64,000 nucleotides of DNA from a virus (taxonomy: Duplodnaviria; Heunggongvirae; Uroviricota; Caudoviricetes): the IMG/VR virus record IMGVR_UViG_3300042349_000541, positions 94,773 to 158,772 of that record. One strand, 5' to 3'. A program made the position numbers and the translations under genes. A model generated the notes under the pieces. It saw only the letters and a list, made by a program, of their open reading frames with translations. It did not search any database and was not told the DNA's origin. Shown in pieces: positions 9,257-19,177 of this stretch. The stretch's first letter is position 1, and every line of letters begins with the position of its first letter.

Positions 9257-12200
9257 TGACATCTGAAAAAAAGAATTTTGGCAAGAAGTTTCTGTCGGAC
9301 TTGAAACTTTATAGTGACTATTTTAAATGGAATGAAAAACTTAACCGCTACGAAAATTGGAACGAAGCTTGTAGCGATATTGTTGATGGACATAAGAAGA
9401 AATATGCTAATGTTGACCTTTCTCGGGAGCTAGATTTAGTTTTAGAGCTAATGAAATCAAAAACTATCCTTGCTTCACAAAGAAATCTACAGTTTAGACA
9501 TGACCAGATAATGAGACATAATATGCGTATGTACAATTGTACGACGCTTCATTTTGTTAGTCCTAGAAATTTTGGAGATGTTCTTTATTTAGGTCTGTGT
9601 GGCTGCGGTGTTGGCTCATCTCTTTTACTTCCATTTATTAATCAGTTACCGGAATTACAAAAGAGAGAAAAAGGTACTAAGACATATATTATACCCGACA
9701 GTATTGAGGGCTGGAAAAATGCAATCGATGTCTTGATGTCTTCTTATTTTACTGAAAGACAGGTTTTCCCCGAATACTCTGGTTATAATATTAGATTTGA
9801 TTATTCGCAAATACGTGAAGCTGGTTCATTTATTAATGGCGGGTTTAAGGCTCCCGGCCCCAACGGTCTAAAAAATTCTCTCGAATCAATAGAGAAGTTG
9901 TTGGACCACTGGATACTCACACAAGGCCCGAGGCTGCGTCCTATAGCCGTCTTTGATATATTGTGCCATTCATCCGATGCTGTTCTTAGCGGCGGCGTTA
10001 GACGCTCTGCATTGTCTATGATTGTCGATCCAAACGATAAAGAAATGATGCTTGCTAAAACAGGCAACTGGAGAACAGAAAATCCCCAGCGAGGTAGATC
10101 TAATAATTCTGTATTAATTCACAGACAGTATTGCGATGAAAACGAAATATCCCAAAGAAAGTTTTTTGATGAAATCGTAGGAATTAACGATGGAGCAAAT
10201 GATTTAGGATTCGTATTTTGTAATACTTGGTTCGATGTATTCAATCCATGTTTTACAATAGATACAAAAGTTTTAACAACCAATGGTTGGATGACTTTTG
10301 GCGAAATGATGGAAAAACAAGATACGGAAGATATTTATATAGTTCAAGATAAAAGAGTTAAAGGCAAAGCGGAAGGAACCCATGAATCTTGGGATACAGA
10401 TCTTTCAAATACTGGTGTTGAATATAATAAAATTGGTAAAGTTGCAAAAACAGGTGAGAACGTAGATATTTATGAACTTGTTTTATCCTGTGGTAGAAAA
10501 GTTAAAGCAACGGGAAATCATAAATTTTCTACTAAACAAGGTATGAAAGAACTTTTAAGCCTTCAAATTGGCGATGATGTATTAGTTACATGCGATGAAA
10601 ATATAACAACTAAAAAAGATGAAGATTTTCATGACGGATTTTTATCTGGAATGTGTGTAGGAGACGGATACATTACCGAAGACGATGCCGGAATAAGCGT
10701 ATGGGAAGATCTAGATGATGAAAATGAAGATTTAGAACTTACCAAATCTAGCATAGAACAAATATTCAAAGAAAGCATGTCCAGAAGAATAGAATCTAAA
10801 GAATTATATTCTGACGGCAAAAAACCAATATCGGCAGATATTAAATTTAAATTGCAAACGCAAGTCGGAAACTCTGCTAAATATACACTGGCCTCTACAG
10901 GATTTAAGAAATACTTAGATATACTCGGAGTAAGAAAAGATAATTTATCTTGGCTTTATAAGAAAAGTAAAAACTTTAAGTCTGGATTTGTTGCCGGAAT
11001 GTTTTTTACAGACGGGCATGTAGATTATACAGAATCATCCAAGAGCATATCCTTAAGAATAACTCAATCAAATAAGGAGTTTTTAAACGATCTTTCGTTA
11101 ATATTGCAAGAAATCGGATTTTTGGCATCTGTCTACGATCTACTCCCGGAAGAAACAAGAAAGCTTCCTAATTCACAAAGAGTCTTACAGGATTATAATT
11201 GCAAGGCATCATATAGATTATGTATAAATGGATATAAGCAATCTTGTAAATTTATAGAAGATATTGCATTTTTACATAAAGCAAAAATAAATAAAACCAA
11301 CGACATACTTAACAATCTCAAGGGATATAAAGATATATTAAGGCATAAAAAAGTTGTAAGCATTAACTATTTAGGTAAAGAAGATGTTTACTGCTTAGAA
11401 GAAAATAACAACAGAACATTGATAGCAAACGGTATCACGGCAGCTAGATGTTTTGAAATCGGCTTCACTCCTGTAGACACTCATGATAAACTTCAAGATA
11501 TATCTTATGAACAAGTAGAAGAATGGGTCAGACAAAATATTCATCTATTCGGAATACAAGGCTGTAATCTAAATGAAATAAATGCCGAAAAATGCGTGCC
11601 CGAAAACGGTAAAACACTTGAGGAATCATTTCTTCGTGCTTGTGAAGGCGCAGCCATACTTGGTACTTTACAGGCTGGATATACTGATTTTCCTTTTCTA
11701 TCTCCTAGAACCGAAAAATTGGTTAGAAGAGAAGCTTTGCTTGGGGTTAGTATTACTGGTTGGATGAATAATCCCGCACTATTTAACGAAGAATTGCTTC
11801 GTAAAGGTGCTGCTGTTGTTGTAGAAACAAATAAAAAGGTAGCTGCTAAGATAGATATTAATCAAGCTGCTAGAACTACATGTGTGAAACCGAGCGGAAA
11901 TGCTTCTGTAGTTTTAATGACCGAGTCCGGAATTCACCCTGCTCATTCTTTAATGTATTTTAGAGTTATGCAGTTAAACAAAAATTCCGATACTGCAAAA
12001 TTTTTAGAACAAGAAATGCCGTTTTTACTAGAAGAAAGCGTATGGTCTAAAAATAATACAGATCACGTAGTATTCGTTCCTATAATAAATCCACCAGATG
12101 GTTTATTTAAAAAGGATATGAAGGGCGTAAAACACTTAGAGTTAATCAAGCTGGTTCAAAACAACTGGATTGTACCCGGAACTAATAGAGATATTGGTAT

Positions 12201-12765
12201 ATGCGATCTTACTAATCATAATTGTAGCTGTACGGTAATCATAGATGATAGCAAAGCAGTAACAGATTATATATGGAATAACAGAAAAGATTTCACTGCT
12301 GTATCATTCATATCCGACTATGGAGATAAAGATTTTAACCAAGCACCATTTACAAGCGTAATGAACTTTGAAGAAATTGCATCAGTGTATGGCGAAGGAT
12401 CTATGTTCGCATCGGGCCTTATTGTTGACGGGCTACATTATTTTAATAATAATTTATGGAATGCCTGCGACTGTCTTTTGGATAAAAATATTCCTATCAC
12501 CGGAACTAGAGAGCAAGTATTGCTCAAAAAAGACTGGCTAAGACGGGCAAAGCAGTTCGCTAAGAATTACTTCAAAAATGATATCAAAAAGATGATATAT
12601 TGCTTAAAAGATATTCACCTGTTCCACAAGTGGAAATCAATAAACAGACAAATGAAAGAAATATCACTGGAAACCGTGTTAAATAAACCGTCCTACAAAG
12701 ATGTTTCTGATTACGCTGCTGTGGCTTGTTCTGGCGGATCTTGCGAAGTTACAAGGCTTAATTAA
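9256..12765 (+). CDS. nrdJ: class II (adenosylcobalamin-dependent) ribonucleotide reductase NrdJ, interrupted by an intein
   Basis: ASQRNLQFRHDQ, VFNPC and CNLNE active-site motifs, TTCVKPSGNASVV...ESGIHP C-terminal motif; roughly 400-aa in-frame insertion with Hint and LAGLIDADG blocks at the NPC site. Confidence 0.75.
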   Translation: MTSEKKNFGKKFLSDLKLYSDYFKWNEKLNRYENWNEACSDIVDGHKKKYANVDLSRELDLVLELMKSKTILASQRNLQFRHDQIMRHNMRMYNCTTLHFVSPRNFGDVLYLGLCGCGVGSSLLLPFINQLPELQKREKGTKTYIIPDSIEGWKNAIDVLMSSYFTERQVFPEYSGYNIRFDYSQIREAGSFINGGFKAPGPNGLKNSLESIEKLLDHWILTQGPRLRPIAVFDILCHSSDAVLSGGVRRSALSMIVDPNDKEMMLAKTGNWRTENPQRGRSNNSVLIHRQYCDENEISQRKFFDEIVGINDGANDLGFVFCNTWFDVFNPCFTIDTKVLTTNGWMTFGEMMEKQDTEDIYIVQDKRVKGKAEGTHESWDTDLSNTGVEYNKIGKVAKTGENVDIYELVLSCGRKVKATGNHKFSTKQGMKELLSLQIGDDVLVTCDENITTKKDEDFHDGFLSGMCVGDGYITEDDAGISVWEDLDDENEDLELTKSSIEQIFKESMSRRIESKELYSDGKKPISADIKFKLQTQVGNSAKYTLASTGFKKYLDILGVRKDNLSWLYKKSKNFKSGFVAGMFFTDGHVDYTESSKSISLRITQSNKEFLNDLSLILQEIGFLASVYDLLPEETRKLPNSQRVLQDYNCKASYRLCINGYKQSCKFIEDIAFLHKAKINKTNDILNNLKGYKDILRHKKVVSINYLGKEDVYCLEENNNRTLIANGITAARCFEIGFTPVDTHDKLQDISYEQVEEWVRQNIHLFGIQGCNLNEINAEKCVPENGKTLEESFLRACEGAAILGTLQAGYTDFPFLSPRTEKLVRREALLGVSITGWMNNPALFNEELLRKGAAVVVETNKKVAAKIDINQAARTTCVKPSGNASVVLMTESGIHPAHSLMYFRVMQLNKNSDTAKFLEQEMPFLLEESVWSKNNTDHVVFVPIINPPDGLFKKDMKGVKHLELIKLVQNNWIVPGTNRDIGICDLTNHNCSCTVIIDDSKAVTDYIWNNRKDFTAVSFISDYGDKDFNQAPFTSVMNFEEIASVYGEGSMFASGLIVDGLHYFNNNLWNACDCLLDKNIPITGTREQVLLKKDWLRRAKQFAKNYFKNDIKKMIYCLKDIHLFHKWKSINRQMKEISLETVLNKPSYKDVSDYAAVACSGGSCEVTRLN
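10249..11448 (+). mobile_element. intein with LAGLIDADG homing endonuclease domain inside nrdJ
   Basis: starts CFTIDTKVLTTNGW (block A), LAGLIDADG blocks FHDGFLSGMCVGDGYI and FKSGFVAGMFFTDGHV, block G ...RTLIANGITAAR followed by +1 Cys; terminal His-Asn replaced by Ala-Arg. Confidence 0.65.
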
Positions 12766-13916
12766 TGAATAGAATATTCTATGCGTGTCAGGGGTGTTTA
12801 TTTACACGCCTTGACGAAAACGAAACATCCTACCTCAATGGAGTACAATCTATTGGGGTAGATAATTCTTGGGATACAACTACAATATTTGACTGCGGTA
12901 GATCCCAACCTAAAGATGTTTTGTATAACAGCTTTAATACAAGCTTAAACTTAGAAAGAGTTGTAGGCAATTATTCAGATCCATCTATAAGTCCTAAAGA
13001 ATGCGTCGGGCCTTTTTTGCATCATATATTTTTTAAAGACAATACTAAACCCATAAATAGTAAAGATGCTTTTTTTATTAAAAATTTTGGCACGGGAATC
13101 ACCGGAAATACATCTAAGGACATAAAAGAATTTGATCTATCGATCTTGTACCAAACTGACGACGGGCCAATTTTACAAAGCAGCAGACAGTTACATAAAT
13201 CAGTTTACAAAAGATGCTTATTAAATTCAATAAGTTATTCTATAACTAAAGAAAAAGTTCTAGAAAGTCTTTCGTTTCAATCTAAATCTGTAGAAAATTT
13301 TGAAAATCAAGGTAGTTACCAAAAAACTCAAGTTACATTAGGTGAGCAATATTCCGGAAATAAAATACGGACCCTAATACGCCCGCGAGATATAGACAGA
13401 ACAAATACCGTCCTGCCGGAAATACTAAATTCTATAACGGATACCAACACTTTTTTTGACGGAATAGAAGTTTTAGGAATCACGGAAATATCTACAGAGG
13501 CTACAATAGAATATGGAGATATATTAAACGAAGGTGTTTGGAAAGGAAGTCCCGTTAGCAATAATTTATGGACAACGTTGTATGTTCCTATTCCCACCAG
13601 AACATCTATAAAATTTACTGCAAGGAAAGGTGCTAATATCAATTTTTTAAATACGCCGGAATTTACTAGCGGAACTGTTAAAAAATATAAAATAAGATTA
13701 GCATTTAAAACCAGAAATTATACAAATACAAGCGATGATCTATTTATAATAGATTGTGGAGAAAAAAATGTCATACAGTCATTTAATATATCTGGCGGAT
13801 CTACCTCTGGAGATTTACTTGAATACGAAATGACATTTGGCGGCTTTAATGATTTTGTAACGTATTTCACACCGGCGAATAGCCCAACACTCTTACTTTT
13901 TACAGAAAGATACTGA
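12765..13916 (+). CDS. hypothetical protein (383 aa)
   Basis: TAATG overlap with nrdJ; no recognisable motif. Confidence 0.35.
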   Translation: MNRIFYACQGCLFTRLDENETSYLNGVQSIGVDNSWDTTTIFDCGRSQPKDVLYNSFNTSLNLERVVGNYSDPSISPKECVGPFLHHIFFKDNTKPINSKDAFFIKNFGTGITGNTSKDIKEFDLSILYQTDDGPILQSSRQLHKSVYKRCLLNSISYSITKEKVLESLSFQSKSVENFENQGSYQKTQVTLGEQYSGNKIRTLIRPRDIDRTNTVLPEILNSITDTNTFFDGIEVLGITEISTEATIEYGDILNEGVWKGSPVSNNLWTTLYVPIPTRTSIKFTARKGANINFLNTPEFTSGTVKKYKIRLAFKTRNYTNTSDDLFIIDCGEKNVIQSFNISGGSTSGDLLEYEMTFGGFNDFVTYFTPANSPTLLLFTERY

Positions 13917-14602
13917 TGTCAAGAAAAAAAACTGTACGACCACAAAGACGTAGAGATAATGTCCAAGAGTCTTTAGTTGAAGCTAAAACTCACAGGCAGA
14001 CAGAATTAATTAAATGTCTTAATAAAGATCAGTTAATAATATGCGACGGGCCTGCCGGAACTGGAAAAACTTATGTGGCCGCTGGTGTTGCCTGTGAGCA
14101 TCTATTGAATAAAAAAATATCTAAGATAGTAATCTCAAGATCCACACAACAATGCGGTGATTCGGGGTATCTTCCGGGTTCTATTACAGAAAAGTTAATG
14201 CCTTTTATGAATCCAATATTAAGTAAACTTGAGTATTTTCTTGGCACGGAAACGTACAAAAAAATGCTTACTGACGAAACAATAGAAATATCTCCGCTGG
14301 AAACTATGCGTGGCGAAACCCTCGAAGATGCATTTATGATTCTTACCGAATTTCAAAATGCGACATACGAACAAATTATGATGTTTGCGACACGTATTGG
14401 AAATAATACCAAGTGCGTTCTCGAAGGAGATTTAATGCAGATTGACAATAGAAAGTCGGGCGGAAAAAGATTTCACGACGAACAAAAATACTCTGAGGGT
14501 AAAGACGAGGGCGTATCTTTTATTTACTTCACAGAAGATGACATCGTGAGAAGCGGAATCGTTAAAACTATCATCAGGAACGCAAGACAAGCTTATAAAT
14601 AA
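13916..14602 (+). CDS. phoH: PhoH-like ATPase
   Basis: Walker A ICDGPAGTGKTYVAAGVA and LEGDLMQID motif typical of PhoH family. Confidence 0.75.
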   Translation: MSRKKTVRPQRRRDNVQESLVEAKTHRQTELIKCLNKDQLIICDGPAGTGKTYVAAGVACEHLLNKKISKIVISRSTQQCGDSGYLPGSITEKLMPFMNPILSKLEYFLGTETYKKMLTDETIEISPLETMRGETLEDAFMILTEFQNATYEQIMMFATRIGNNTKCVLEGDLMQIDNRKSGGKRFHDEQKYSEGKDEGVSFIYFTEDDIVRSGIVKTIIRNARQAYK

Positions 14603-14612
14603 TGAGGATAAA

Positions 14613-14960
14613 ATGCCCGTAAGAATTTACGAATGCAAAAAATGTAATCATCAGGAAGAAATTTTCGAATCTATTTCTGTAAAACCCGAGGAAAGAAACT
14701 GTTGTCACTGTAATAAAAAAACAATGCGTGTAGTTATACTTACCCCCCCTACATGTCAAATAAAAGAAGTAAAAACTATCGGTCAACTGGCCGATAGTAA
14801 TTGGAAGAAAATGGGAACTTATGAACGCGAAAATAAAATGCGTGAAGATAAAGTCCAAGAATCTATTCAAAAACGAGACAGTAATATTAGGCGTAATAAA
14901 GTTTCAAAAATGACTGCCGAACAAAAAGAAAAATATATTGTTACGGGAGAAATGCCGTGA
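14613..14960 (+). CDS. zinc-ribbon protein
   Basis: CKKCNHQ ... CCHCNKK. Confidence 0.3.
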   Translation: MPVRIYECKKCNHQEEIFESISVKPEERNCCHCNKKTMRVVILTPPTCQIKEVKTIGQLADSNWKKMGTYERENKMREDKVQESIQKRDSNIRRNKVSKMTAEQKEKYIVTGEMP

Positions 14961-15178
14961 GAGATCAAGACTGCCCGCATTATGCTCAGATTAACTTTAC
15001 TGTTGATGTTTTTCCTTTTCTACATGATGGATCTTTAGATCCCAATAAGCTCACCGAGAGCGAACTGAGAGATAGGGGAATAACAAAAAATGCTGTATTC
15101 GGTGTTAATGGTTTTAATTTAGAAGACTGTATAAAAAAACTTACGGAGGCTTTAACCAAGATTAGTTATGAAGATTGA
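14957..15178 (+). CDS. hypothetical protein (GTG start)
   Basis: no internal ATG; GTG start overlapping upstream stop. Confidence 0.25.
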   Translation: MRDQDCPHYAQINFTVDVFPFLHDGSLDPNKLTESELRDRGITKNAVFGVNGFNLEDCIKKLTEALTKISYED

Positions 15179-15473
15179 AGAACAGTGGATTGAAAAAGAA
15201 GATGTCGAAATTTTCTACGGAAAAGGCGGAAATGTCGTGGAAAACGGCGACTGTCTTGCTAAAATACTAGAGTCGAGCAAGACGAACTATTATTTCATTT
15301 GGCTGACTCGCGGAAATCTTTACGATCCATACGGAATTGATGTTCTAAAAAGAAACAGTTCTGTCTGTAAATTCGTAAGAGTAAGTAGAGATGTATTTGA
15401 CAGCTACTTTAAATACCTTAAAACTAAAAATAAAGCACATTATAATAACGCAAACAGAATGTATAGAGGATAA
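15168..15473 (+). CDS. hypothetical protein
   Basis: ORF-track ORF. Confidence 0.3.
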   Translation: MKIEEQWIEKEDVEIFYGKGGNVVENGDCLAKILESSKTNYYFIWLTRGNLYDPYGIDVLKRNSSVCKFVRVSRDVFDSYFKYLKTKNKAHYNNANRMYRG

Positions 15474-15475
15474 AA

Positions 15476-15823
15476 ATGGCTAAAAAGAAAATGGCTGTCG
15501 GGCCTTTAACCAACAAGGAAAAAGAGTACATAAACAAAAACAGAGATAAGGGCGTAGAACTCTTAGCGAAGAAGTTGGGGCGTAGAGTTGAGGCCGTAGA
15601 TAGATTTCTGAACGGGCCTAAAGAACCTGCAAAAGAAACTAAGCCCGTAAACAGAAACGATCCCGAGGCTTTCGTTATGAATAATCTACTTGCTAAGAGG
15701 GAAGGCTATAATGTAGTCGTTATGACCGAATCTGCATCTATGTATATGGACGAAAAGCGAAAGCAAAGAAGCAATAAGCCTAAAGACAATAGTTTTATTC
15801 ATACGTTCAGGAAAAATGATTGA
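15476..15823 (+). CDS. hypothetical basic protein
   Basis: ORF-track ORF. Confidence 0.3.
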   Translation: MAKKKMAVGPLTNKEKEYINKNRDKGVELLAKKLGRRVEAVDRFLNGPKEPAKETKPVNRNDPEAFVMNNLLAKREGYNVVVMTESASMYMDEKRKQRSNKPKDNSFIHTFRKND

Positions 15824-16337
15824 TCTAACTTTTAAATTTGATTTTTACATAAAAGACTTAATAAGAAAACTAGAAATGCTGTGGACAGTTACATTAAACG
15901 ATGGAACTGTTGTATATTCTGACTATGATAGATACGAAGAAGCCCCTTGGCATCGCTTAGTAAAATATTGCAGAGAAACAAAGCTTTATCCAGTAAAGGT
16001 TAAAAATCTTATGTTTGGAGCACCCGAAATGGTTTTACTTGAAAACCAAGAGGGGCTAGATGGGCTATTCATTAAGCGTGGCTGCATTAAAGATATAGAA
16101 ATTGATTCCGGTAATGGAAATAGTATTTCTTATAAAAAGTTGGTTGCGGGAGTTTATAATCCTGTTACTAATAAGATAGACGTTAAAAAATTTTGCTGGC
16201 CCGAGAACGAACTTGAGCCGCTACAAGAAACAAGATTACTAACACTTGAAAATTTAGAGGACATGTTTTTTATAGATGGACAAGAAAAGGACAGAAAAAA
16301 AGCCATACTGCTCGCCGACGACAGGAGAGCCATGTAG
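15816..16337 (+). CDS. hypothetical protein
   Basis: ORF-track ORF. Confidence 0.3.
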   Translation: MIDLTFKFDFYIKDLIRKLEMLWTVTLNDGTVVYSDYDRYEEAPWHRLVKYCRETKLYPVKVKNLMFGAPEMVLLENQEGLDGLFIKRGCIKDIEIDSGNGNSISYKKLVAGVYNPVTNKIDVKKFCWPENELEPLQETRLLTLENLEDMFFIDGQEKDRKKAILLADDRRAM

Positions 16338-16392
16338 TGCCGCACAATATATAGCGGAAATTGTTTGCCTACGTAATTTTAAAAAGAAGCAG

Positions 16393-16728
16393 ATGGGCGA
16401 TCCATCATTCAAGTTTTGGAATAAAGAAGAAAAAAGTATCTACCAAGGACAAGTTGTAACAGCAAATAAACTCATTAATGAGTATGGAGTTGAAGCTGTT
16501 TTAGATTATATAAATTTTAATAAAGGTATATACTCTCTCGGGCATTTTAATCCCATAAAATTTATAAAAGACGGGATATCTAAAACAAAATGGATTCTAG
16601 ACAAAAAGAGTTCCGTTTCTAAGAAAAATATAGAAGAAGAAAAACAACAGGAAGTTCCGCAGACAAATTTCGAAATTCCCAAACCTAAACAAAAAACAAC
16701 ATTAATTGATAAACTGAGGAACACATGA
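16393..16728 (+). CDS. hypothetical protein
   Basis: track ORF 16276..16728 trimmed to first ATG after upstream stop. Confidence 0.25.
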   Translation: MGDPSFKFWNKEEKSIYQGQVVTANKLINEYGVEAVLDYINFNKGIYSLGHFNPIKFIKDGISKTKWILDKKSSVSKKNIEEEKQQEVPQTNFEIPKPKQKTTLIDKLRNT

Positions 16729-18758
16729 GCGATAAAAATCTGGATGCCATTTTAAAGGAAATAAAAAAGAAGCATGGTAATATTATCATTAAGGGTAATG
16801 AATTACTTAATCAAAGAAAAGATCATAAAACAATTTCTGTTAGTCCTTCAATAGATCTTGCTTTAAAAGGTGGTGTAAGAGAGGGGACTTGGTTAATGTT
16901 GTCGGGCGCACCTAAATCGGGCAAGGCACAGCCTATGGATGCTATTGTATACACTCCTTCTGGACCTACAGTTTTTGAATCTCTTTCAGTTGGGGATGAA
17001 ATTTGTGGTATTGATGGAAAGAATTGTATAGTCAGAGCTATATACCCCCAAGGAGTAAGAAAGGTCTATAAGGTTCTTTTTAGTGACGGTACTAACGTAG
17101 AGTGTGACGGGCATCATTTGTGGCCGGTATCTGTCAACAGAGTAAATTCGTCTGTTTTACTTAGGACTACAGAGGAGCTACTATCTAAAGTAAGCTATCC
17201 CGACCGCGATAAATGGAAAATAAAATATAGCCACTGTGATTTTAATACTAAGGAAACTGTAATAGATCCTTTTGTGCTAGGTGTTATATTAGCAGATGGA
17301 TACGTAGATGCAAATCAGCGTCTTTACATAAAAAATGCAAAACCATACATACTTGAAGAATTTAATACGAAGATATCTCAATATAATTGCATATTAGATT
17401 CTACTGGGGATAGTGGTTATCAAGGCATTATATTAAGCACTGAGAAAAATAATTACTTAAACTATTTTATACAAAATTACATGAAATCTTCTCCGGGTCA
17501 AAAAGTTATAACACGTAGCTCTTTTAAGGTTCCGGATTTATATAAATACAATTCGTTTTATAATAGAAACGAACTACTTCGGGGATTTTTAGGATCTAAC
17601 GGTTATCTTCATCCTTCTGGATACTATGAGGTCGAATCAGCAAACACCCAATTACTGCGTGACATAGCCGAAGTATCCAGATCATTAGGCTATCCGACTT
17701 ATATTAACGATAGAAAAGATAGTAGGCAAAGATTAACAATTAATAACTGCGGGGTTATGTTACATGCATTAAAAGAAAATAATTCACCGTGCCCGGTAGA
17801 AAATTATAAAACCATAAATCTTATTACAGAAGTGGGCGATAAATACTGTCAGTGCATAGAAATTGATCAGGACGGTTTATATTTAACTAATGGATTTAAT
17901 GTTACCCATAATACCACAACTGCTATGCAGCTAGCATTTAATTGCCAGAAAGAGGGCCGTCCGGTCATCTATATTAATGCCGAGGGTAGATTAAGCGAAA
18001 TGAATTTTGATGTTCGCGGGCTTGATCCTGAAAAGATGCAGATTATTACGGCAGAAGATAAACCACTGTCCGCAGAAATATTTTTAGATACTGCCCTACA
18101 ACTTATATCAGCAAAAGAAAATGTAGGTGCTTTATGTATTATCGATTCGGTATCTGCTTTAATACCATCTAGAGAACTAGAAGAAGACGTAACGGGTATG
18201 GCTAGACCGGGATTGCCTAAGCTATTATCTAATTTCGTTAAGAAGGCCGGGCAAATTGTTCCTAATAACAAGATTACAATGTGTATGATTACGCACCTTA
18301 TTACTAATACTAGCGGCTATGGCCCAAGTAAAATGGCCGACTCTGGTGTAAAGATACAATACCAAGCAGATACTAGAATGGAGGTAAAATCTATATCTCC
18401 GTGGGAACACAAAGAAAAGCAGGTCGGGCAAGCCGTAAACTGGAAAATATATTATAGCTCTAAGGGTGCTACAGGCGTTGAGTGCCAATCATGGATTCGT
18501 TACGGCGAAGGTATTGACAGTGCTCAAGAACTGCTTATACTTGGTGAGGAACTGTCGTTAATCTCCAAGGCCGGTGCGTGGTATACACTAGACTTCTTAA
18601 AATCAAAGCCCGAGGAATTTAAAAAGATTTTGCCCGATGGAGATATTGATAAAGCATGTAAATTTCAGGGGCAAGAAAAAGTCTATAACTTTATTAATGA
18701 TAACCCCGCTGTACTCGAACTTTTACAGAATGATATTTTCGAGATGCTTGCATCATGA
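16725..18758 (+). CDS. uvsX: RecA/UvsX-family recombinase interrupted by an intein in the Walker A motif
   Basis: N-terminal RecA-like region; Walker A GAPKSGK|...|TTTAM reconstitutes GAPKSGKT after removing the insertion; downstream PVIYINAEGRLS ... LCIIDSVSALIP matches the RecA core. Confidence 0.75.
   Translation: MSDKNLDAILKEIKKKHGNIIIKGNELLNQRKDHKTISVSPSIDLALKGGVREGTWLMLSGAPKSGKAQPMDAIVYTPSGPTVFESLSVGDEICGIDGKNCIVRAIYPQGVRKVYKVLFSDGTNVECDGHHLWPVSVNRVNSSVLLRTTEELLSKVSYPDRDKWKIKYSHCDFNTKETVIDPFVLGVILADGYVDANQRLYIKNAKPYILEEFNTKISQYNCILDSTGDSGYQGIILSTEKNNYLNYFIQNYMKSSPGQKVITRSSFKVPDLYKYNSFYNRNELLRGFLGSNGYLHPSGYYEVESANTQLLRDIAEVSRSLGYPTYINDRKDSRQRLTINNCGVMLHALKENNSPCPVENYKTINLITEVGDKYCQCIEIDQDGLYLTNGFNVTHNTTTAMQLAFNCQKEGRPVIYINAEGRLSEMNFDVRGLDPEKMQIITAEDKPLSAEIFLDTALQLISAKENVGALCIIDSVSALIPSRELEEDVTGMARPGLPKLLSNFVKKAGQIVPNNKITMCMITHLITNTSGYGPSKMADSGVKIQYQADTRMEVKSISPWEHKEKQVGQAVNWKIYYSSKGATGVECQSWIRYGEGIDSAQELLILGEELSLISKAGAWYTLDFLKSKPEEFKKILPDGDIDKACKFQGQEKVYNFINDNPAVLELLQNDIFEMLAS
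16926..17912 (+). mobile_element. intein with LAGLIDADG domain inside recA/uvsX P-loop (Ala1, ends ..VTHN, +1 Thr)
   Basis: block A MDAIVYTPSGPTVFESLSVGDEI, LAGLIDADG blocks LGVILADGYV and LRGFLGSNGYL, block F/G KYCQCIEIDQDGLYLTNGFNVTHN; N-terminal residue is Ala, not Cys/Ser. Confidence 0.6.
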
Positions 18759-19177
18759 GAATTTTAGGATTAGACGGAAAAGAACATAAGTTAGCATTTC
18801 ATGGAAACACATCTGCCGACAAAAATGATAACAACAGGTCAAAGCTACATTTAAAAGCAAGAGAAATACTCACAAAGATATTTCCTTTTGATATCATACA
18901 TGAAGAAGTAACTTTGCCCGGAACAAAAACTAAAAACTCTAAATCTTTACTGTATGCTGATTTTTTCATTCCATCCCGAAACCTTATTGTTGAGGTCAAC
19001 GGGGAACAGCATGACAAGCATATAAAATTCTTTCATAAAAATAAGCTAGATTTTTATAAAGCTAAGGCCCGAGATAGAAATAAAAAAGAATGGTGTGAAT
19101 TAAACGGTATAACAATTGTATATTTAAACCATAACGAATCCGAAGAAGAATGGACGGCCAAAATCAATGAAAGATAA
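18755..19177 (+). CDS. Vsr/DUF559-like (PD-(D/E)xK fold) endonuclease, possible free-standing homing endonuclease
   Basis: ADFFIPSRNLIVEVNGEQHDKH resembles Vsr DxxFP...FVDGxFWHG core; directly downstream of intein-containing recA. Confidence 0.4.
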   Translation: MRILGLDGKEHKLAFHGNTSADKNDNNRSKLHLKAREILTKIFPFDIIHEEVTLPGTKTKNSKSLLYADFFIPSRNLIVEVNGEQHDKHIKFFHKNKLDFYKAKARDRNKKEWCELNGITIVYLNHNESEEEWTAKINER

